DNA from: an uncultured Gammaproteobacteria bacterium
GTDB lineage: Bacteria; Pseudomonadota; Gammaproteobacteria; Pseudomonadales; Halieaceae
NCBI GenBank assembly: GCA_963712135.1
Contig: CAVQGV010000026.1
Span: 388,671 to 452,670, forward strand
Direction of reading: 5' to 3'
Length of the DNA stretch: 64,000 nucleotides
Shown: piece after piece, positions 1 to 11,624 of the stretch
How positions within the stretch are numbered: the stretch's first letter is position 1
How the letters are laid out: every line of letters starts with the position of its first letter
Program-made: the position numbers and the translations under genes
The notes under the pieces: generated by a model
Told to the model about the DNA's origin: nothing
Databases searched by the model: none
The model's input: the letters and a program-made list of their open reading frames with translations, nothing else

Positions 1-624
1 AGGACGATTATGGTACCACCGTGGCCTGGACCTTTGCGGCAGGCGGGCGCGTTAGTGCCGAGGATACGACCGGTTGTAAATATGCCGGCCAGATGACGCA
101 AAGCCTCCCTCAATTCAATGTTTTTGAGCTTAAGTTAGTGCTTTCAGATTGCGCGCTTGCGGGGACTTACTCGGGATTGGCCGCGGCCTGGCCGGGCTGG
201 GAACAGCCGTTCGTCCTGGGGATTTCTGTGGAGGACGGAGCAGGGCGAGCGTTGAATTTCATTGTGGGCGGTTAGTTGTCTGTATGTATTCGCTAGTGCA
301 AAGGGAGCCCTCCCCATATTCGCGAGGCAATTTTGGTAAGGTAGTTCAAAGAGGCTTTGCGCCCCCTTCAGTAATGAAAGCGGGACCTGATGCCGGGCCA
401 GATATCCCTGCTTGTTAACGGTCAGCTCCAGCTTCGTAACCTCGCCAAGCCCTGCCCGGTATTTTTGATTTGTTCTGTGAATAGTAAAAATCCCCATCAT
501 TGATTTCAATTATGGAGCTACGGTCTCTACACTAGCCCGGTCTTGACCAGAGGGACCGTGCCCGATTCGACACCCTCTTCCAACTAATTAGATTTCCCGC
601 AACCCAGTATCCAGAGGTACTACC

Positions 625-2220
625 ATGACTACGTTTCAGAATGAACTTGCTGAATTGGCCCGGCTGCGTCAAAAGAACGGCAGCGCCTGGGATCACATCA
701 ACCCCGAGTCCGCCGCCCGCATGCGCCTGCAGAACCGCTTCAGGACCGGCCTGGATATCGCCAGGTACACGGCGGCGATCATGCGCAAGGACATGGCGGA
801 GTACGATGCTGACAGCAGTCAGTACACCCAGTCCCTGGGGTGTTGGCACGGCTTTATCGGCCAGCAGAAGCTGATTGCCATCAAGAAACACTTCGGTGAC
901 ACCAGCAAGCGCTACCTGTACCTCTCCGGTTGGATGATTGCAGCATTGCGCTCTGAGTTTGGTCCTCTGCCCGACCAGTCAATGCACGAGAAAACCTCTG
1001 TGTCCGATCTTATCGAAGAGCTGTATACCTTCCTGCGCCAGGCTGACGCCCGCGAGCTGGGCGGCTTGTTCCGCGAACTGGATGCCGCGCGCGAATCCGG
1101 CAACAAAAGTGCAGAGCAGGCGGTACAGAAAAAAATCGACAACTTCCAGACGCACGTCGTTCCGATCATTGCTGACATCGACGCCGGTTTCGGCAACGCT
1201 GAAGCAACCTACCTGCTGGCGCGCAAGATGATCGAGGCGGGTGCCTGTGCCATCCAGATCGAGAACCAGGTATCCGACGAGAAACAGTGCGGTCACCAGG
1301 ACGGTAAGGTCACCGTTCCCCATGAGGACTTCCTGGCCAAGATCCGCGCCGTACGTTACGCCTTCCTGGAACTGGGTGTTGATGACGGGATCATCGTAGC
1401 CCGTACCGACTCGCTCGGCGCCGGCCTGACCAAGCAGATTGCTGTGACACACACGCCCGGCGATCTGGGCGATCAGTACAACAGCTTCCTCGATATGGAA
1501 GAGCTTTCCGTCGCGGAGATGAGTCACGGCGACGTTATCATCAAGCATCACGATCAGTTGATGCGTCCCAAGCGCCTGCCGTCCAACCTCTACCAGTTCC
1601 GCAAGGGTACCGGTGAAGATCGCTGTGTACTGGATAGCATTACCTCTCTGCAGCACGGCGCTGATCTGCTGTGGATTGAAACCGAGAAGCCGCATATCGG
1701 CCAGATCGGTGGTATGGTCAAGCGCATCCGTGAGGTCATTCCCAACGCCAAACTGGTGTACAACAACAGCCCCTCTTTTAACTGGACGCTGAACTTCCGC
1801 CAGCAGATCTTTGATGCGTGGAGCAAGGCGGGCAAGGACGTATCAGCCTACAAGCGTGACGCGCTGATGAGCGTCGACTATGACGGTACCGAACTGGCCG
1901 CTGAAGCCGACGAGAAGATTCGCACCTTCCAGGCTGATTCCGCGCGCGAAGCAGGTATTTTCCATCACCTGATCACTCTGCCGACGTATCACACCGCAGC
2001 ACTGTCTACTGATAACCTGGCAAAGGAATACTTTGGCGAGCAGGGCATGCTGGGCTATGTGGCCGGCGTGCAGCGCCAGGAAATCCGCCAGGGTATCGCC
2101 TGCGTCAAGCACCAGAATATGGCAGGCTCTGACCTCGGCGATGACCACAAGGAGTACTTCGCCGGTGAAGCCGCCCTGAAAGCTGGTGGTGCACATAACA
2201 CCATGAACCAGTTCGGCTGA
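625..2220 (+). CDS. aceA: isocitrate lyase (long, about 530 aa form)
   Basis: 531 aa ORF with the ICL signature K-[KR]-C-G-H (EKQCGHQDGK); overall long-form ICL architecture. Confidence 0.93.
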   Translation: MTTFQNELAELARLRQKNGSAWDHINPESAARMRLQNRFRTGLDIARYTAAIMRKDMAEYDADSSQYTQSLGCWHGFIGQQKLIAIKKHFGDTSKRYLYLSGWMIAALRSEFGPLPDQSMHEKTSVSDLIEELYTFLRQADARELGGLFRELDAARESGNKSAEQAVQKKIDNFQTHVVPIIADIDAGFGNAEATYLLARKMIEAGACAIQIENQVSDEKQCGHQDGKVTVPHEDFLAKIRAVRYAFLELGVDDGIIVARTDSLGAGLTKQIAVTHTPGDLGDQYNSFLDMEELSVAEMSHGDVIIKHHDQLMRPKRLPSNLYQFRKGTGEDRCVLDSITSLQHGADLLWIETEKPHIGQIGGMVKRIREVIPNAKLVYNNSPSFNWTLNFRQQIFDAWSKAGKDVSAYKRDALMSVDYDGTELAAEADEKIRTFQADSAREAGIFHHLITLPTYHTAALSTDNLAKEYFGEQGMLGYVAGVQRQEIRQGIACVKHQNMAGSDLGDDHKEYFAGEAALKAGGAHNTMNQFG

Positions 2221-2380
2221 GTCTGGCGCAGCCTGCGCTTAGCGCGGCCAAGCCATGGCGAGGGCGGGTTTTCTTCCCGCCCTTTTTTTTGCCCGTTATT
2301 CGAGGGTTCCAGAGAGGAATGGATGTGGTACATTTTAGCCGAATATCCAGTGCTGACGGCATGAGGGTAGCGGGGACTGT

Positions 2381-2899
2381 ATGCGATGGGATGATATCGA
2401 TAAACAGGTGTGTTCGGTGGCGCGCGCGCTGTCCGTGGTCGGTGAGCGCTGGACCATGCTGATTCTGCGCGATGCGTTTCTCGGTACGCGCCGTTTCGAT
2501 CAGTTCCAGAGCAACCTGGGCATTACACGCCACCGTCTGTCAGAGCGACTGACCATGCTCGTGGAGCAGGGTGTGCTGGTGAAGGTGCCTTACCACCAGC
2601 GACCGCTGCGCTACGAATACCGCCTTACCCGCAAGGGTTTGGGACTGTACCCTGTGCTGATGAGTCTGGCGCGCTGGGGCGATGACTGGATGGACAAAGG
2701 TAAGGGCGCTCCTCTGGAATACGTACATCACTCCTGCGGCAACAAAACCCGTCCCACACTTACCTGCAGTGAATGTGGTGAGCCACTACGACCGGAGGAG
2801 GTCGGGGCGCAACTGGGTCCCGCACTGCGCGATCCTGCGCATCCTAACGAGGCCGCGTCTTTGAAGGATATCCCCACGCTAATGAAACGAACGGTATAG
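2381..2899 (+). CDS. HxlR-family winged-helix transcriptional regulator
   Basis: ERWTMLILRDAF motif typical of the HxlR/MarR-like family; 172 aa. Confidence 0.8.
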   Translation: MRWDDIDKQVCSVARALSVVGERWTMLILRDAFLGTRRFDQFQSNLGITRHRLSERLTMLVEQGVLVKVPYHQRPLRYEYRLTRKGLGLYPVLMSLARWGDDWMDKGKGAPLEYVHHSCGNKTRPTLTCSECGEPLRPEEVGAQLGPALRDPAHPNEAASLKDIPTLMKRTV

Positions 2900-3170
2900 A
2901 GCTATGGTGATACGATGTCCAACAGATTACTTGCAGCAGTTCATGATCCCGAACTTGTAGCTTTCCAATATCCCCGATTACTGGAAATCTGTACTCAGTG
3001 TCATTCGGCATATGCCAAATCAAGGTTTCCAGAGTTCGCTTTACCTGATCAGCAGGACCATCATCACTGAGCGAAACATAACGATCCAGGTTATGCCGAG
3101 AAAACTCCGGAAGAATTTTTAGGTATCCGATGGTAGCTATGCCCGTGACACTGGCATAACGGAACATACT

Positions 3171-3938
3171 TCAAAAATATTGCTCAGTCAGAATCTGCCC
3201 AGGCTTGTGATGCAAGTGTTTTTGCATACCACGCGCCGCCAGGATCGATTGAATATCCTTAATCATATTGTGGTTACCGCACAACATTACACTGCTTGTC
3301 GCTTTACTTATGGGAAAACCAACGCTCCGCTCCAGGTCTCCACGATTTAATGTGTCCGTAATACGCCCATTTAATCCAGTAGGGTTCTTTTCTCGGGAAA
3401 CACACGAGAGGTAACGAAATCGTTCAGGATACTTCGATTGAACCAAATTGATCACGTCCTGGTATACAAGCTCTTCACAGTAGGGGACACCATGCACCAG
3501 TACAACATTCTCATATCGCTCCCAGAGTTGGCCAGTTCGTAGGATCGACAAATAAGGCCCCAAGCCAGTACCCGTAGCAACTAGCCAGAGATCTCTCGCA
3601 GAAGGTATTTCGGCTAGAATGAAAAAGCCGCTAGCCGGTTGTGATACTGCCACGGAATCATTCTTCTGTAACGCTGCAAGTGCGTTGGACAGTTTGCCAC
3701 CCGGGACGGTATTGAAGAAAACTTCCACTACGGGATCACCAGGTATATTCACCAGTGAATAGGGCCTTGCTACCTTTTCACCATCGATGTCGAGTTCCAG
3801 TCGTACAAACTGCCCGGCCTCAAATTGTAATGACTCGACGTCCAGACGAAGCGCGTACAAGCGCTTTGTCAGTGCCTCATTGCTCAATACACGCCCATCA
3901 ATCATTCTGGAACGCTGGATCTGTCTGAGAACTGACAT
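3171..3938 (-). CDS. fpr: ferredoxin-NADP+ reductase (flavodoxin reductase family)
   Basis: FAD/NAD-binding FNR fold motifs (RPYSL, GTGLGPYLSIL); start set at internal Met MSVLRQ (position 3938) rather than the upstream ORF extension. Confidence 0.85.
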   Translation of the reverse strand: MSVLRQIQRSRMIDGRVLSNEALTKRLYALRLDVESLQFEAGQFVRLELDIDGEKVARPYSLVNIPGDPVVEVFFNTVPGGKLSNALAALQKNDSVAVSQPASGFFILAEIPSARDLWLVATGTGLGPYLSILRTGQLWERYENVVLVHGVPYCEELVYQDVINLVQSKYPERFRYLSCVSREKNPTGLNGRITDTLNRGDLERSVGFPISKATSSVMLCGNHNMIKDIQSILAARGMQKHLHHKPGQILTEQYF

Positions 3939-3961
3939 ATATTTCTCCTCAATAGAGGCGC

Positions 3962-4733
3962 TTAAACTCCGCTTTTTAGTAGCATGCGCTTGATGTGAAC
4001 TATAGCTCTTTCCGGGTCGAGGTTCTTGGGACAGGTATACGTACAATTTTGAATTTGCCGACAACGGAACAGGCTGAAGGGGTCTTCCAAATTTCTAAAG
4101 AACGAAAAGTATGCAACCACGATAAAATTCGCACTCCACATAACACCCGCGGTCCCCAGCAAGATCTCTCTATACAGCGGTATCATCGATGCCAGGAAAC
4201 GGCTGATTGTTGCGAATCCAATCAATAAAACCACTGCGCAGTAAACGCTTGCGTGAATTTGAGATCGCTTGCTTGATAGCTTCAAAATTATGGTGGAAGA
4301 CAGTGTACCGAGTGCACCGATTGTGATGACATGAAGACTGGCGGTCGTGGAGAGACCTGCGGCCAGGGACATGCTAAAAGCCATCAGTCCTGTTGCCAGC
4401 CACAGATACCCCACGCCCAGTGCCCTGAGGTCTGCGTGGCGCAAATTCAGCCTGAAGATCCGCCAGCCATAAAGCAACCAGGGTGAGCATGTAACCGCGC
4501 CGCTGTTTCCCCACGAGGTAACCCGCAATTAATGCGCCTACGAATCCAAACAGCATGCCCCGTGCAGGAGTGGGCACATCAACGATTAATCCGAATTTTC
4601 CAGATAGTGATATCAACAAGAGCCAGGGCGCTACCGCGGCGAACACAGCGGCAATTGGGAAAAACACCTGCTGCGCTAACAAACCAGCCTGTGGACTTTG
4701 GGTTACATCTCCTGCATTGAATACCGTGCTCAT
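3962..4733 (-). pseudogene. NnrS-family heme-copper membrane protein, split across two frames (frameshift near 4374-4528) and short
   Basis: Two overlapping minus ORFs carrying NnrS-like motifs ([17 protein letters not shown]; [12 protein letters not shown]); combined length about 257 aa versus about 390 aa for NnrS. Confidence 0.45.
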
Positions 4734-4965
4734 CTAAATCATCTCGATACATCATCAGACTGCTTTAGCAATCCAGATGGAACTTACGGCTAACAGCACC
4801 TCTACAGAATAGAAGGAATTTTCGCTAAATCACGGGAATTTTCTCGCCCGCTAAGATATTCAAGTGTTTAATTCCCAATTGTCTGGTAGCAGCTCTGCAG
4901 AGTGCCAGAAAAACCGTGTTTTCACTCGCAATCACTTGACTGCCTCGCACCTGAAAAGGATGCTG

Positions 4966-6240
4966 CTATTTCGCCGCCGCGAGCGCCTGGTCGATATCGG
5001 CCAGGATATCGTCAATGTGCTCAATGCCAATGGACAGCCTGACCATGTCTGCACTGACACCCGCCGATTCCAATTCGCTGGCGTTAAGTTGCCGGTGGGT
5101 CGTACTGGCGGGATGACAAGCCAGTGATTTGGCGTCGCCGATGTTCACCAGGCGCAGTATCAACTGCAGGGCGTCGATAAAGCGCATGCCCGCCGCGATG
5201 CCGCCCTTGATACCAAAACTGAGGATGCCGGCCGCCTTACCCTTGCAGAACTTCTTGCTGTTCTCGCGGTAGGGGCTGTCCGCCAGCCCAGCATAATTTA
5301 CCCAGTTGACCTGCGGGTGCTGCTGCAGGTGCTGTGCCACCTTTTCCGCATTCTCGCAGTGCCGCTCCATACGTAAACTCAATGTTTCCAGTCCCTGCAT
5401 GATCAGGAAGGCGCTGTGCGGTGACAGGGCCGCCCCGGTATTGCGCAGCGGCACCACGCGGCAGCGACCGATGTAGGCGGCCGCGCCCATGGCCTGTGTA
5501 TAGACCACACCGTGATAAGACGGGTCGGGGTTGTTCATGATCGCAAAGCGTTCGTTGTGCGCAGCCCAGTCGAACTTGCCGGAATCGACGATGGCGCCGC
5601 CAATGGTGGTGCCGTGGCCGCCGATGTACTTGGTGAGCGAGTGGACTGCGATATCCGCGCCATAATCGAACACGCGGCAAAGCATCGGCGTCGCCACGGT
5701 ATTGTCGACAATCAACGGTACCCCGGCGGCATGTGCGATGTCGGCCCAGCGCTGTATATCGACAATATTCCCCGCAGGGTTGCCAATGGATTCGCAAAAC
5801 AGTGCCTTGGTGTTGACGTCGATCAGTGCGGCCACTTTGTCGAAATCATCGGCAGCGGCAAAGCGGGTTTCAATACCCTGGCGCGGGAAGGTATGGGCGA
5901 ACAGGTTGTAGGTGCCGCCATAGAGCTGTGAGGTGCTGACGATATTGCTGCCAACTTCGGCTATCGCCTCGATGGAATAGCGTATGGCCGCCATGCCTGA
6001 GGCCACCGTCAGTGCACCCACGCCACCTTCGAGTTCGGTCAGGCGTTGCTCCAGTACGGCATTGGTGGGATTCATGATGCGACTGTAGATGTTGCCGGGA
6101 ACTGCCAGATTGAACAGGTCGGCCCCGTGCTGGCTGTCGTTGAAGGTAAAAGAGGTGGTCTGGTAAATGGGCGTTGTGGCCGCGTTAGTGGTGGGGTCGC
6201 CCGCATAGCCGGCGTGCAGGGCAATGGTTTCTGGTTTCAT
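4966..6240 (-). CDS. metY: O-acetylhomoserine sulfhydrylase / aminocarboxypropyltransferase (PLP-dependent)
   Basis: MKPETIALHAGY N-terminus and PLP-lysine region SLTKYIGGHG; start ATG mapped to 6238-6240. Confidence 0.9.
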   Translation of the reverse strand: MKPETIALHAGYAGDPTTNAATTPIYQTTSFTFNDSQHGADLFNLAVPGNIYSRIMNPTNAVLEQRLTELEGGVGALTVASGMAAIRYSIEAIAEVGSNIVSTSQLYGGTYNLFAHTFPRQGIETRFAAADDFDKVAALIDVNTKALFCESIGNPAGNIVDIQRWADIAHAAGVPLIVDNTVATPMLCRVFDYGADIAVHSLTKYIGGHGTTIGGAIVDSGKFDWAAHNERFAIMNNPDPSYHGVVYTQAMGAAAYIGRCRVVPLRNTGAALSPHSAFLIMQGLETLSLRMERHCENAEKVAQHLQQHPQVNWVNYAGLADSPYRENSKKFCKGKAAGILSFGIKGGIAAGMRFIDALQLILRLVNIGDAKSLACHPASTTHRQLNASELESAGVSADMVRLSIGIEHIDDILADIDQALAAAK

Positions 6241-6374
6241 GGTGGTGTCCTTGTCGCAAGAGAGATCAGTCATTTTCTGGAGCAGAGAGCTTAGCAAAGG
6301 CGGGGCGAAGGGCAAGCACTACGGCATCGATCCGGGTCGATACACTTGCCTCGGCGCAGAGTATCAACCTGGCG

Positions 6375-7202
6375 TTAGCGTACTTGATCCAATTGTTGGC
6401 ACAGGCGCTGTGCACCTAGCAGTATACGGGCGGTGGGGCGCTGCAGGTGATCCGGGTTGATAAAAAAGAGGGCATCGCCTGCCACGGCCTTGAGGGACGG
6501 ATAGGCCCGCCACTGATCCAGCCACTCAGGGCGAGCTTCTCCCATGCCGCTGGCAACGATGGCGTCTGGGTTGCGCAATAGTACCGACTCAACACTGATG
6601 CGCGGGGCGAGTGCGCTGGCATCACCGAAGACATTGCGGCCACCGCACAGCGCGATGACCTCGCTGATCAGGTGCTCGCGGTTTACGGTTTGCAGTGGAT
6701 CGTTCCATATCTGGTAGAACACACCCAGCGCTCGGCTCCGACCGTAGCGGTGGCGCAACGACTCAATTTCACTCTCGATGCGGCGGGCTTCCGCGCCGGC
6801 AACGCGGGTGGTTCCAGCCAGCTCGCCCAGTCGCCGGATGCTTTCAGGCACATCGGATAGCTTCCGTAACTCGCTGACATATACCGGAATGCCGAGTCCT
6901 TCCAGCTTGGACAGCGTTTGCATGCCATTACCCGATCCCCACATGACCACCAGGTCGGGTTGCAGGGCGAGAATCTGCTCCACACTGAAGGCGTTATACG
7001 TTCCCACTTCAGGAAGGTCTTTCGCCTGTGGCGGATAATTACTGTAGCTGACGACACCTACTAGCCTGTCACCGGCGCCTGCGCTGAACAGGTTTTCCAC
7101 GATATCCGGCGCCAGTGCCACAATGCGCCGGGCAGGCTGCTCCAGTGTCACCTCACGCCCGGCGAAGTCCTGCACGGTGATCGCCAGTGCGGGGAGCGTC
7201 AT
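6375..7202 (-). CDS. btuF: periplasmic cobalamin/Fe-siderophore ABC substrate-binding protein (BtuF-like)
   Basis: 275 aa class III periplasmic binding protein with signal-like N-terminus; last gene of a btuB-cobO-btuCD cluster. Confidence 0.7.
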   Translation of the reverse strand: MTLPALAITVQDFAGREVTLEQPARRIVALAPDIVENLFSAGAGDRLVGVVSYSNYPPQAKDLPEVGTYNAFSVEQILALQPDLVVMWGSGNGMQTLSKLEGLGIPVYVSELRKLSDVPESIRRLGELAGTTRVAGAEARRIESEIESLRHRYGRSRALGVFYQIWNDPLQTVNREHLISEVIALCGGRNVFGDASALAPRISVESVLLRNPDAIVASGMGEARPEWLDQWRAYPSLKAVAGDALFFINPDHLQRPTARILLGAQRLCQQLDQVR

Positions 7203-7235
7203 TGTGCAGAGCAGCAGCGCGAGGTAGCAGTTTCT

Positions 7236-8031
7236 TCATAAAAATTGTTGGCACGGCGTGATCAGGGGGAAATCTCCCTGCGGATGGCTACTGATGATGA
7301 CATCAACATCAAACACCTCTTTGAACAATGCTTGCGTGAATACCTGATCTGGCGTTCCCAGGGCTGCCTGCTGGCCCTTGTCCAATACCAGTATCTGGTC
7401 TGCGACACTGGCTGCCAGGTTGAGATCGTGTATCACCAGCACCACGCTGCAACCCCGCTCGGGCCAGCTGACGTATTGCCAGGAGCACCTGTTGCTGATG
7501 GGCCAGGTCCAGGGCCGAGGTGGGTTCGTCCAGTAGTAGGAGTCTACCCGATCAGGGACTTCTCGCCACAGACCTGCGCGAATACTCTGGCCAGTTGCGT
7601 GCGCTGTTTCTCGCCGACGGAAAGTTGCGTGTAGAGCCTGTGCCTCAGGTGCAGTGTGTCGGTAAGTCGCAGCGCCTCGCTCCACGACTTCCCTGTCTGT
7701 CTGATGGCCGCTGCTGTGGGGTATGCGTCCCAGCATGACCACTTCATCAACGGTATAGGGGAAGTTAAGCAGGGACATCTGTGGCAGCACGGCCATGTGT
7801 TGTGCGCGGTCCTGCGGTGACCACTGCGCCAGTGATCGACCACCGAAGGTCAGTTGGCCCGGTGCTGATCCGGATGTCACCTGCGATGAGCTGCAGCAGG
7901 CTGGACTTACCCGCGCCGTTGGGCCCGGCGAGTCCGAGTACAGCGCCGGGTTCGAGGGTAAAGGTAATGTCCTTCAGCAGCGCCTGGCCCCAGGGTGCAG
8001 CATGGACACCGGCAAGTTGTAAGGTGCTCAC
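7236..8031 (-). pseudogene. btuD: ABC transporter ATPase (BtuD/FecE-like) broken into 3 frames
   Basis: Walker A GPNGAGKSSLL (ORF 7765-8031), ABC signature LSVGEKQR (7544-7843) and C-terminal domain (7236-7880) lie in three different frames. Confidence 0.7.
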
Positions 8032-8066
8032 GGGTTAACACCGTTTCGAGTTGCGCTGCGCTTGCA

Positions 8067-9216
8067 TTACTGCATTCCATAATGGTGGCGTTTGCGCAAC
8101 AGCGAGATAAAGAAGGGCACGCCGACAATGGTGGTGATGACCCCAACAGGTAATTCGGTGGGTGCCACCAGGACGCGGGCCAGAGTATCTGCCACGACCA
8201 GCAACAGCGCACCGGCCAGCGCCGAGGCAGGCATCAGGTAGCGATGATCGGGTCCCGCCAGCATGCGGATCATATGCGGCACTACGAGACCCACGAAGGC
8301 GATCGTGCCTACCAGGGCCACCGAGGTGCCAACTCCGATAGCTACCCAGGTAATCAAGGCCACCTTGATACTGTCAACCCTGATACCCAGATGCCGGGCC
8401 TCGGATTCACCGAGCAACAGCGCATTCAGCGCCAGGGCGTAGCGGGGCAGTGTCACCAGCAATGCGGAGCTCACCACCGTGGCCAGCAGCAGTCGAGGGT
8501 AGTTGGCCCCGTCCAGCCCTCCCATCTTCCACACGCTGATGCGTCGCAACATGTCGTTGTCGGCGAAGAACTCCAGCAGGCTGCCGATTGCCCCAGACAG
8601 GGCGGTGATCGCGATGCCAGCCAGTAACATGGTTGCCACCGATGTGCCATTGGGTGATGTTGCCAGTCGGTACACAAAAAGCACAGCGATCACACCGCCT
8701 GCAAAAGCACCGGCGGACACCAGGGTGAGCCCGGTATAGCCCTGTAGCAGGTTGCCTCCGGTTACGATGACCAGCGCCGCGCCCAGCGAGGCCCCGGCAG
8801 TGACGCCAATCAGAGAAGGGTCCGCCAGTGGATTGCGAAACAGGCCCTGCATCGCGGCTCCGCTAATCGCCAGTGTCGCACCCATGACCGCCGCCAGCAG
8901 AACGCGCGGCAAGCGTATCTGTCCGACGATCAACGCGTTCTGGTTACCGGTCTCTCCCGACAGCGTATCCGTCAGTCCCTGCACGACGTCGGACAGCGGA
9001 GAGGCTGACAGCGCCGCTGGCCAGGCTCAGCGCCATGGCGCAGGGCAGTACGGCTGCCAGTGCGACAATCAGCAATCGCGCGCGCTGTTGTCGCTGTGAG
9101 TACAGGCCGGTGTTAATAATCGACGCCCTTGCGGGCCTTGATGCCGGCCTTGAACGCGTGTTTGACCTCCCTGACTTCCGATACGGTATCCATAATCCTC
9201 TGCAGCGCTGTGCCAC
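8067..9216 (-). pseudogene. btuC: FecCD-family ABC permease (BtuC-like), frameshift near the N-terminus (about 8984-9000)
   Basis: 305 aa permease body (8067-8984) plus a separate-frame N-terminal signal anchor segment RARLLIVALAAVLPCAMALSLASGAVSLS (8944-9216). Confidence 0.65.
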
Positions 9217-9723
9217 CGCCGCGACCGGTGACTGACCACGCTTTGCGTAGCGGGGCGCTCGCTGATGGCGTGGATGATCTCGTCCTCGGGCAGATAGTCG
9301 TAGGCAATCATGTAGGTCAGCTCATCCAGCACAACCAGATCGAAGCTGGCATCGCGTAACATGCTCCTTGGCCACTGCCCAGGTCCTGATAGCTGCAACG
9401 ATATCGCCGCTGCGGTCCTGGGTGTCCCAGGTAAAGCCGGTGCCCATCTGGTAGAAATCTACCTGCGGGCAGTGTTCCTTCAGGTAGATTTCCTCGCCGG
9501 ACAACTGTTCACCCTTGATGAACTGCACCACGCCGACCTTCTGGCCGTAGCCCAGGGCGCGCATCACCATGCCGAAGGCAGAACTGGATTTACCCTTGCC
9601 ATCGCCTGTGAGTAGAACGGCGACACCACGCTCGGTACTGGCAGCGTCAATGCTGGCATCGACGCTGGCCTTCTGCTTTTGCATGGCTGCCTTGTGTTTG
9701 GCGTCCTTACGACTGTCACTCAT
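9113..9723 (-). pseudogene. cobO: cob(I)yrinic acid a,c-diamide adenosyltransferase (CobO/BtuR) in 3 frames
   Basis: N-terminal P-loop region VLLTGDGKGKSS (9322-9723), middle FDLVVLDELTYMIAYDYL (9069-9398) and C-terminus VTGRGG...GIKARKGVDY (9113-9307) each in a different frame. Confidence 0.7.
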
Positions 9724-9733
9724 GACGCATCCT

Positions 9734-11603
9734 CTAAAAGGAATATCTCAGACCGGCGTAGGCGGCGGCACCACTGGTATTGTAAGTGGGAATTTCCTCG
9801 TAGTCTTCATCCAGCAGATTTTCAACTCGCCCGTAGACATCCAACCCGTCGACCAGTTCAGTAACTGGCGGTGAAATCCAGCACTTCGTAATTGTCCAGA
9901 TCCTCGCCCTCCAGTCCCTCGGCATCGCGCGCCATGCGTACATAGAGTGCCAACACCAGCCGTTCAGCCAGAGGCTTCCAGCTCAATCCGAGGTTTGCCA
10001 GATGCTTGGGGCGGAATATGCGGTTGGTACCGCTGTTGGTCTCGGTTTCGTTATAGGTATAGTTACTGCTGAGCCACACAGGTATCCAGAAGCGGCGCCT
10101 GCGCTGTCAGCTCTACACCGTTTGACTGCGTATCACCATTGCTTTGCAGGTAGCCCGAGAAGTCCACGATGTCGAAATAAATCTCGTCGTTGACAGTCTG
10201 GTCGAAATAGACGGCTTCCAGGTACAGGCCGGCTGCGGTTGACCAGGATAATCCCAGGTCGAAGCCTTCACTCTCCTCCTCCGAGAGCTGAGTACCCTGC
10301 GCGGGCGGGTAGGCGAAGGGTCCCTCGTTGAAGGCAATTTCATACAGGCTGGGCGCACGAAAGCCAGTGCCGTAGGTCCCTTTTAACTTGAGTTCGCCGT
10401 CAGATACATCGAATCAGGTAGGCACCACTCACGCGGTAGGTGGCGTGCGTGCCGAAATCATCGTTGTCGTCATAGCGCGCACCAGTGGTGACGAAAAAGC
10501 GATCATTGAAGCCGCCCTGGTATTCCAGGTAGTACCCATCCTGGCTGCGGTCGGTGTCGAAGCTGCCGTCATCCATCGATTCGGTTTCCAGGTCAACGCC
10601 GTATACCAGCTTCAGTGCGTCGCCCCCGGCAAAGCTGCCCAGGTAGCCGCTGCGTTCCAGGGTGCCCTGGGGCTTGAAGCTGGATACACCGTCTGAGTAG
10701 AAATTGCGCTCTGTGTCGCTGTCACTATAGAACAGCTGGTGATTGAAGCGACCGAGTTCATAGTCACCCTGAGCGCGCCAGGCCTGTTGTTCGTAATCAT
10801 TCTCGCAGCGATCAGTACGTTCGAAATTGGAGTCGGAGCACTCGTCATAGTCGTTGGTGGCGTCGATATCGTGGACTGCCAGTCCCAAGTCGCAAATTGT
10901 CGCTGGCGTTCCAGCCGAAACGACCGTGCACAGTGGTGTTATCGTAACCATCGTCATCTGCGAGCGTATTGTCGTCGGTGCGCGCGTTGAATCCGTCGGT
11001 CGAAAAATCTGCGGCGGAGAGGTTGAAGTCCACAGTTTCATTGCCGCCACCCACATTGCCAGCGAATTGTTGTGTACCGTAGCGGCCGCCCTCGGCACTG
11101 ACTTCACCGCCGAGGCCATCCCGGGGCGCAATGGTTGTGATATTCACCACGCCGCCGGCGTCAGCTCCGTACAACAGCCCCTGCGGACCGCGCAGGATCT
11201 CCACCCGCTGTATTCCGGAACTGAGCAGTTGCTCTACCCGCGGACCGATCTGTGGCGAGGATGTGTCGGAGATGTCAATGCCATCCAGCAACATCAGGGT
11301 ACGGTAGCCTTCCTCACCGCGAATTCTCAGCGATGTTGGGCTGCCCGCGCCACCCGCGTTGCTGACGGCTACGCCGGGCTGCGTGCGCAGTATCTCGTAC
11401 AAGGAGGTAAAACCTGATTGCGAGATTTCCTCCTCTGTAATAACCGATACCGAGGTGCCGATCTCGCGCAATGGCATTGGCACACGGGATGAGGTGACAA
11501 TGATTTCTTCCAGCTTATCCCTGGATGGAGTGCTTTGTGCAACTGCTTGCCAGGGGCTGGCGGCGGCAAGTGCCAGTAAAGTAAAAACTGATAGCTTGTT
11601 CAT
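9734..11603 (-). pseudogene. btuB: TonB-dependent outer-membrane receptor (BtuB-like) in at least 4 frames
   Basis: Signal peptide plus plug domain (10845-11603), barrel segments (10400-11131, 9858-10079) and C-terminal ...YAGLRYSF terminal Phe (9734-9943) occupy different frames. Confidence 0.75.
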
Positions 11604-11624
11604 GTGGTGTCCTCAATTGCCGTA

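Noticed and set aside
21-509. Overlapping short ORFs at the window start
   Set aside because: Partial, no recognisable motif; probably the 3' end of an upstream gene and its antisense shadow; too little sequence to call
5237-5797. 186-aa minus-strand ORF rich in Arg/His inside metY
   Set aside because: Alternative frame of the metY gene; composition-driven
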